Assembly (NCBI GenBank): GCA_013203315.1
Contig: JABMQJ010000007.1
Span: 11,499-75,498 of the forward strand
Source of the DNA: Candidatus Omnitrophota bacterium
Lineage (GTDB): Bacteria > Omnitrophota > Gorgyraeia > JABMRN01 > RBG-13-46-9
DNA: 64,000 nucleotides
Reading direction: 5' to 3'
Made by a program: the position numbers and the translations under genes. The notes below the pieces were generated by a model. The model was not told where the DNA came from, did not search any database, and was given only the letters and a program-made list of their open reading frames with translations. Of this stretch, positions 59,184 to 64,000 are shown piece after piece (position 1 is the stretch's first letter; the number at the start of each line of letters is the position of its first letter).

Positions 59184-60338
59184 TTATTTAAAAACCTTCT
59201 TAACTTTGTCAATGAAACCCTTGGAAGATGAGCTTTCCCCTAGTGTTCTGGAAAACTCTTTCAATATTCTTTTTTGCTCATCGGTAAGGCGTTCGGGAAC
59301 GTCTACGCTTACCTTGACCAACTGATCCCCTTTTCCGGAACCTGAAAATAGATTGGGGACGCCCTTTCCGCGTAACCTGAAAACCTTTCCGCTTTGAGTG
59401 CCATAGGGTATTTTCATTTTAACTTTTCCATCTACTGTGGGCACCTCTACCTCAGCCCCAAATACCGCTTGCGGAAAACTCACTTTGATTTCACAATATA
59501 TATCATTTTCGTGACGTTTGAAAAATTTGTGTTTCTTTACATATATTACGACATAGAGGTCACCGCGCGGTCCTCCTTTTTCTCCGACATCTCCTTCGCG
59601 CGTAACCCTTAGCCTCACACCACTATCAACGCCGGCGGGAACCTTAACCTTGATATTTTTGGATACCATTGTTTTCCCCCGGCCGTTACATTCCTTGCAT
59701 GGGTTCGTAATAACCCTGCCTGCGCCGCCGCACCCGTTACAAGTCCGGGATATGCTGAAAAATCCGCTGGCCATGTTTACCTGGCCTCTTCCGTTACAGG
59801 TCGGGCATACTGCCTCCTTTGTGCCGGGTCTTGCACCGCTACCCTTACACAGATTGCACGTATCATTGCGGGAAACTTCTATGGTTTTTTCCGTACCGAG
59901 CGCTGCTTCGGTAAACTCTATGTCTAATTCCTGCTGGATATCTCTTCCACGACGCGGCCCCCTGCTTCTCCTGCGACCGCCCGAACCTCCGCCAAAACTA
60001 CTCGAATCTACGCCAAAGGAGCTGAAAATGTCCCCCAAGCCACCGAATATATCTTCAAGGTCTCCGAAATGCGTAAAGTCCTGCCAGTTAAAGCCACCAC
60101 CGGTAAATGCGCCCTTCAGCCCTTCGTGACCGAACTGATCGTATGTTGAGCGCTTGTTGGGGTCGCTTAAGATTTCGTAGGCCTCGGAAATCTCCTTAAA
60201 CTTTTCCTCCGCAGCTTTATCGCCTTTATGCTTATCCGGATGGTGTTGTATAGCCAGCTTTCTATACGCACGCTTTATTTCTTCGGCGCTCGCATTTTTC
60301 TCAATACCTAATGTTTCGTAATAGTCTTTTTTGCTCAT
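59184..60338 (-). CDS. dnaJ: Molecular chaperone DnaJ
   Basis: J-domain with HPD, G/F-rich region, four CxxCxGxG repeats. Confidence 0.96.
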   Translation of the reverse strand: MSKKDYYETLGIEKNASAEEIKRAYRKLAIQHHPDKHKGDKAAEEKFKEISEAYEILSDPNKRSTYDQFGHEGLKGAFTGGGFNWQDFTHFGDLEDIFGGLGDIFSSFGVDSSSFGGGSGGRRRSRGPRRGRDIQQELDIEFTEAALGTEKTIEVSRNDTCNLCKGSGARPGTKEAVCPTCNGRGQVNMASGFFSISRTCNGCGGAGRVITNPCKECNGRGKTMVSKNIKVKVPAGVDSGVRLRVTREGDVGEKGGPRGDLYVVIYVKKHKFFKRHENDIYCEIKVSFPQAVFGAEVEVPTVDGKVKMKIPYGTQSGKVFRLRGKGVPNLFSGSGKGDQLVKVSVDVPERLTDEQKRILKEFSRTLGESSSSKGFIDKVKKVFK

Positions 60339-62218
60339 TTCTTCTTCTTATCGTCGTCCTCTACTTTGAAGTCCGCGTCAACAACGTCGTCTTTTTTCTT
60401 TTCCTCCGGTTTTGCTTCACCGGTTTCAGGTTTCCCCTGCTTTGTCTCGCCAGCTTGTTTCTTTTGCGCGTCCTTGTATATTTCTTCGCCGAGTTTCTGG
60501 GAAGCTTTCGCGAGCTCTTCGGTTGCTTTTTTTATTTTTTCTACGTCTTTTGAGGTAATGGCCTCTTTTGCCTCTTTTACTTTTTTCTCAATATTTTCCT
60601 TATCAGTTGCCGGAATCTTTGCACCGTAATCCTTAAGTGATTTTTCAATCGAATAAACAAGCGTGTCCGCTTGGTTTACCGTATCCACTTCTTCCTTCTT
60701 TTTCTTATCGGTTTCCGCAAATTTTTCTGCGTCTTTAACCATTTTGTTTATTTCCTCTTCGGAAAGTTTTTTGGGCGCCGTAATTTTTATCGATTGCTCT
60801 TTTTTCGTGCCCAAATCTTTGGCGTGCACATGAACTATACCATTTGCGTCAATATCAAATGTTACTTCGATCTGAGGTACGCCACGGGGTGCAGGCGGAA
60901 TTCCTACCAGATCAAATTTTCCAAGTTCTACATTGTCATTGGCCATCTGACGCTCTCCCTGCAGAACCCTTATCGTAACAGCGGGTTGACTATCAGCGGC
61001 TGTTGAAAAAGTCTGACTTTTTTTCGTAGGAATGGTGGTATTTCGTTCGATCAGCTTCGTACACACGCTACCCAGCGTTTCTATGCCGAGAGACAGCGGT
61101 GTTACGTCCAAAAGCAAAACGTCTTTAGTGTCGCCTTTTATGATAGAACCCTGCACAGCCGCGCCCATCGCTACGCATTCCATCGGATCTATGCCGCGCT
61201 CTATCTTTTTTCCTACGTAATCCTCTACGAACTTTTGCATAACAGGCATTCTCGTAGGGCCGCCTACCATGATAACCTTATCTATATCTTTCTTTTCGAG
61301 TTTCGCATCCTGCAAGGCCTGCTCCATGGGATGTTTACATCTGTCTATAATAGAAACGACGAGGTCTTCCAGTTTTGCGCGGTTTATCGACATTGCAAGG
61401 TGCTTTGGGCCTGTCTGGTCAGCTGTTATATAAGGAAGGTTAATCTCGGTTGTGATAGAGCTGGAGAGTTCGACCTTGGCCTTTTCAGCGGCTTCGCGCA
61501 ATCTTTGCATTGCCATCTTGTCATTTTTCAAATCAACGCCATTTTCCTTTTTGAATTCCGTGGCAATATAATCGATAAGAACAGCGTCCATGTCCGTGCC
61601 GCCTAATTGCGTATCCCCGCTTGTGGCAAGAACTTTAAATCCACCCTCGGCCCACATTTCCATTATGGTAACGTCAAGTGTTCCACCTCCGAAATCAAAA
61701 ACCATGATCTTTAATTCCTTACCGACTTTGTTTAGTCCGTAAGCCAAACATGCGGCAGTCGGTTCGTTTATAATTCGGAGAACTTTAAGGCCGGCTATTT
61801 CGCCCGCGTCCTTGGTGGCCGTTCTCTGGTTGTCGTCAAAATAAGCGGGGCACGTTATGACAGCCTCCGTAACGCTACTGCCAAGATAAGCGCTCGCATC
61901 CTGTTTTATTTTCTGCAATATAAAGGCTGATATCTGCTGCGGTGTATATTCCTTGCCGTACGCCTTAAATTTATAATCCTGTCCCATTTTCCTTTTGGCA
62001 GCCATTATGGTGCCTTCCGGATTTATGGACGCCTGGCGCTTTGCAGGCTCGCCTACGAGCTTCTGGCCGTCCTTTGTAAATGCCACATATGAAGGAAAGG
62101 CCTTACCACTTGCTATTCCGGCGCCTTCTGCGCTAGGAATAATAGCCGGTCTTTCTTTCTCCATGAAAGCGGCTGCCGAATTTGAAGTTCCTAAATCAAT
62201 TCCTATTACTTTACCCAT
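60335..62218 (-). CDS. dnaK: Molecular chaperone DnaK (insert-less, Thermoplasma-like type)
   Basis: [47 protein letters not shown]. Confidence 0.97.
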   Translation of the reverse strand: MGKVIGIDLGTSNSAAAFMEKERPAIIPSAEGAGIASGKAFPSYVAFTKDGQKLVGEPAKRQASINPEGTIMAAKRKMGQDYKFKAYGKEYTPQQISAFILQKIKQDASAYLGSSVTEAVITCPAYFDDNQRTATKDAGEIAGLKVLRIINEPTAACLAYGLNKVGKELKIMVFDFGGGTLDVTIMEMWAEGGFKVLATSGDTQLGGTDMDAVLIDYIATEFKKENGVDLKNDKMAMQRLREAAEKAKVELSSSITTEINLPYITADQTGPKHLAMSINRAKLEDLVVSIIDRCKHPMEQALQDAKLEKKDIDKVIMVGGPTRMPVMQKFVEDYVGKKIERGIDPMECVAMGAAVQGSIIKGDTKDVLLLDVTPLSLGIETLGSVCTKLIERNTTIPTKKSQTFSTAADSQPAVTIRVLQGERQMANDNVELGKFDLVGIPPAPRGVPQIEVTFDIDANGIVHVHAKDLGTKKEQSIKITAPKKLSEEEINKMVKDAEKFAETDKKKKEEVDTVNQADTLVYSIEKSLKDYGAKIPATDKENIEKKVKEAKEAITSKDVEKIKKATEELAKASQKLGEEIYKDAQKKQAGETKQGKPETGEAKPEEKKKDDVVDADFKVEDDDKKKK

Positions 62219-62230
62219 CTTTTTGTCCTC

Positions 62231-62286
62231 CGAATTTTTTGCTTTAAGAAAAATTCGTCCCGAGAATGCGACCTATGGAAGCATTC
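62231..62286. other. Two intergenic hairpins between grpE and dnaK
   Basis: CGAATTTTT-N9-AAAAATTCG (62231-62257) abutting the dnaK GGAGG, and GAATGC-N11-GCATTC (62264-62286). Confidence 0.45.
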
Positions 62287-62293
62287 AAGGGGC

Positions 62294-62806
62294 TTATTTC
62301 TCCTTTTTTTTGTCTTCTTTCTCTTCTTTTCCCTTAGAAACCTTAACCACTGCCGGCCGCAAGAGACTATCGTTAAGCGTGTAACCGCCTCTTATCTCTT
62401 CTGCGATAACGCCGGCCGGAAACTTATCACTACAAACTTCTTCCTCTGCCTGATGGAGGCTCGGGTTAAACTTTTCCCCTACACTTTTAATCTTTTTTAA
62501 GCCGTTAACCTCTAGTACTCTGTGGAATTCTTTCTGAAGCATATGCAAACCCTTCAAAAACGACTCTTTATCATTGGATTTTTCAATGGAATTTATGGCG
62601 CTGTCAAAGCTATCCATTATGGGAAATAGCTCAGCTATCAAGAATTGATTCGAGAACTTTACAAACTCGGATTTTTCGCGTTCAGCGCGTTTTTTTAGGT
62701 TGTCGTATTCGGCCAAAGCCCTCAACCACTTATCTTTGTAGTCTACGACCTCGATTTTATCTACCGGGGTTTCCGACGGCTCTTTCGGCTTTTCATCTTT
62801 GATCAT
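62294..62806 (-). CDS. grpE: Nucleotide exchange factor GrpE
   Basis: LRALAEYDNLKKR, LFPIMD, FNPSLHQA, GY.L...LLRPA.V.V. Confidence 0.93.
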   Translation of the reverse strand: MIKDEKPKEPSETPVDKIEVVDYKDKWLRALAEYDNLKKRAEREKSEFVKFSNQFLIAELFPIMDSFDSAINSIEKSNDKESFLKGLHMLQKEFHRVLEVNGLKKIKSVGEKFNPSLHQAEEEVCSDKFPAGVIAEEIRGGYTLNDSLLRPAVVKVSKGKEEKEDKKKEK

Positions 62807-63537
62807 TCGGACATCTCCTCCAATACTTCTGTCGTCATGCGGGCGAGCTCTCCTACGACCGGCACAATCTCCTCGTATCTCATTCGCATAGGGCCGATAA
62901 TACCCACATTTCCGGAAACATGATTTTTAAATTTGTACGTAGCGGTTATGATGGTACATTCCCGCAATCCATTGAACATATTTTCGCGGCCTATGTGGAT
63001 AACGGTTCCCTCTTCTCCCAAGTCCTGATTCATGATTTGCGCAAGTTCATTCTTCTCTTCGACAATTTTTAAAAAATCCAGCACCATTGATGAGGCCTTA
63101 AACTCAGGCTGTTCAAGCATATGATATGTGCCCTCAAAATAGACTCTATTGTTGGGCGACAAGGCAATCCCTGTATAGTTCGTTATTTTTGAAACAACGT
63201 GAGATGCTGCCTCAATCACATCTTCAAGCAATCTTTTTTCATTTACATATCGACGCATTTCAGAAAAAATGTCATCCTGCGGCAATAGTGTAATCTCCAT
63301 AAGACTATCCACATATCGTCTGTACCCTAAATCAGTAGGAATTCTACCCGCCGAAGTATAAGGCTGTCTAATGTAACCGTCTTTTTCCAACTCAAACATT
63401 ACATTCCTGATGGTCGCGCTTGAGAGGCCTAGGATTTTCGATATGTGTTTCGACCCTACCGGCATAGCGCTTGCTATGTGGGTTCTCACAATCGCCTCTA
63501 ATACCCTATTTTGCCTTGCTTCTTTATCTATTGTCAT
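62803..63537 (-). CDS. hrcA: Heat-inducible transcription repressor HrcA (short form)
   Basis: PVGSK, SSATIRN.M..LE..GY..QPYTSAGRIPTD.GYR.YVD, QPEF, IGREN, GIIGPMRM.Y; 244 aa. Confidence 0.92.
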   Translation of the reverse strand: MTIDKEARQNRVLEAIVRTHIASAMPVGSKHISKILGLSSATIRNVMFELEKDGYIRQPYTSAGRIPTDLGYRRYVDSLMEITLLPQDDIFSEMRRYVNEKRLLEDVIEAASHVVSKITNYTGIALSPNNRVYFEGTYHMLEQPEFKASSMVLDFLKIVEEKNELAQIMNQDLGEEGTVIHIGRENMFNGLRECTIITATYKFKNHVSGNVGIIGPMRMRYEEIVPVVGELARMTTEVLEEMSE

Positions 63538-63593
63538 ATATTGTCTACCTATCTAAACACAAATTCGCGTTAATTCATACGCTATAGAACAAT

Positions 63594-63620
63594 TTAGCAC
63601 TCTCACTACGGGAGTGCTAA
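63594..63620. promoter_or_regulatory. CIRCE element (HrcA operator)
   Basis: Exact TTAGCACTC-N9-GAGTGCTAA upstream of hrcA. Confidence 0.97.
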
Positions 63621-63626
63621 TGTGTT

Positions 63627-63654
63627 ATTTTAACACAAATCCTCACTCTGTCAA
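63627..63654 (-). promoter_or_regulatory. Sigma70 promoter of the hrcA-grpE-dnaK-dnaJ operon
   Basis: Minus strand TTGACA (63654-63649), 16 bp, TGn-TAAAAT (63632-63627), immediately upstream of CIRCE. Confidence 0.78.
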
Positions 63655-63683
63655 GTGGAATTCCTTTCATAAACCTCTTATTG

Positions 63684-63845
63684 ACGGAATGAGAGGGTAA
63701 TGGCGTGAGGCTTGGCATTTAACGACGGAGCCCTTTTTTCTTCAAAAAATTGTAGTAAGCTATATATTTATATTTATAATTTTGGAAAGAAAGGATCTCC
63801 TATAATCGGCCCAAATAGCCGCACACCAACACCCTCTCATTCCGT
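63684..63845. repeat. ~160-bp imperfect palindrome (MITE-like element or structured RNA)
   Basis: Perfect 15-bp inverted repeat ACGGAATGAGAGGGT (63684-63698) / ACCCTCTCATTCCGT (63831-63845), with imperfect pairing continuing inward. Confidence 0.7.
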
Positions 63846-63867
63846 TAGTTTTAATTTTTTTTGAGGG

Positions 63868-64000
63868 TTATTTATTTCGGTCTTCGATTTTGGGAGGGCT
63901 GGGGAGGTCGAGCTTGAGGGTGGATTCGACGCTTTTTTTAAAACGCTCTATGTGGGTGCTTCCTGTGTCGTAGGACTTTTTGGCTTTTTCGAGTGAGGAG
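63868..64000 (-). CDS. 3' end of a CDS entering from the right (weakly RmuC-like C-terminus)
   Basis: Open frame ...SSLEKAKKSYDTGSTHIERFKKSVESTLKLDLPSPPKIEDRNK* ending at TAA 63868-63870. Identity uncertain. Confidence 0.4.
   Translation of the reverse strand, partial: SSLEKAKKSYDTGSTHIERFKKSVESTLKLDLPSPPKIEDRNK

Noticed and set aside
227-62384. Many short plus-strand ORFs and small alternate-frame minus-strand ORFs in the track (e.g. 14764-15306, 19312-19779, 59650-60129, 61995-62384)
   Set aside because: They lie antisense or out of frame within well-supported genes and show no recognisable motifs; shadow ORFs.
63676-63852. Integron attC site
   Set aside because: The ends do not match RYYYAAC/GTTRRRY, the outer stem lacks the unpaired spacer, and there is no integrase or cassette array.
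1-64000. CRISPR array, tRNA/rRNA, transposase, prophage, phase-variable tracts
   Set aside because: No spaced direct repeats, RNA gene signatures or mobile-element proteins seen. Poly-A/T runs are short, in frame and expected for Lys/Phe-rich genes.

Overview
Bacterial chromosomal window, almost all on the minus strand. LptD indicates a diderm. The gene content is reminiscent of Candidatus Omnitrophota, but that is an unverified inference. Bases 1 to ~50,350 are one very large, tightly packed cell-surface glycan locus that continues past the left edge. It encodes nucleotide-sugar pathways: dTDP-rhamnose, UDP-GlcA/UDP-xylose, Wbp-type 2,3-diacetamido-uronate enzymes (partly duplicated), and a pseudaminic-acid block with no pseC. 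It also encodes a Wzx-type flippase and GT4s. The most unusual content is five cobalamin-dependent radical SAM enzymes and one SPASM/twitch radical SAM, interleaved with four Dpm1/ArnC-like polyprenyl-phosphate GT2s and seven GT-C-like membrane proteins. This looks like a modular radical-SAM sugar-tailoring and extracytoplasmic glycosylation system. Bases ~50,370-64,000 hold lptD, two tandem GAF-GGDEF cyclases, an orphan sugar ABC ATPase, accD, DUF1015, vanZ-like and FmdB-like genes, and an hrcA-grpE-dnaK-dnaJ operon. That operon has a perfect CIRCE, a shortened HrcA and a Thermoplasma-like DnaK lacking the diderm insert. Features read by hand and missing from the ORF track: a methyltransferase at the left edge, a decayed SGNH gene, a probable hisH-like relic, several sigma70 promoters, two palindromic operator candidates and a ~160-bp hairpin. 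All family calls come from motif recognition by eye; no database searches were run.
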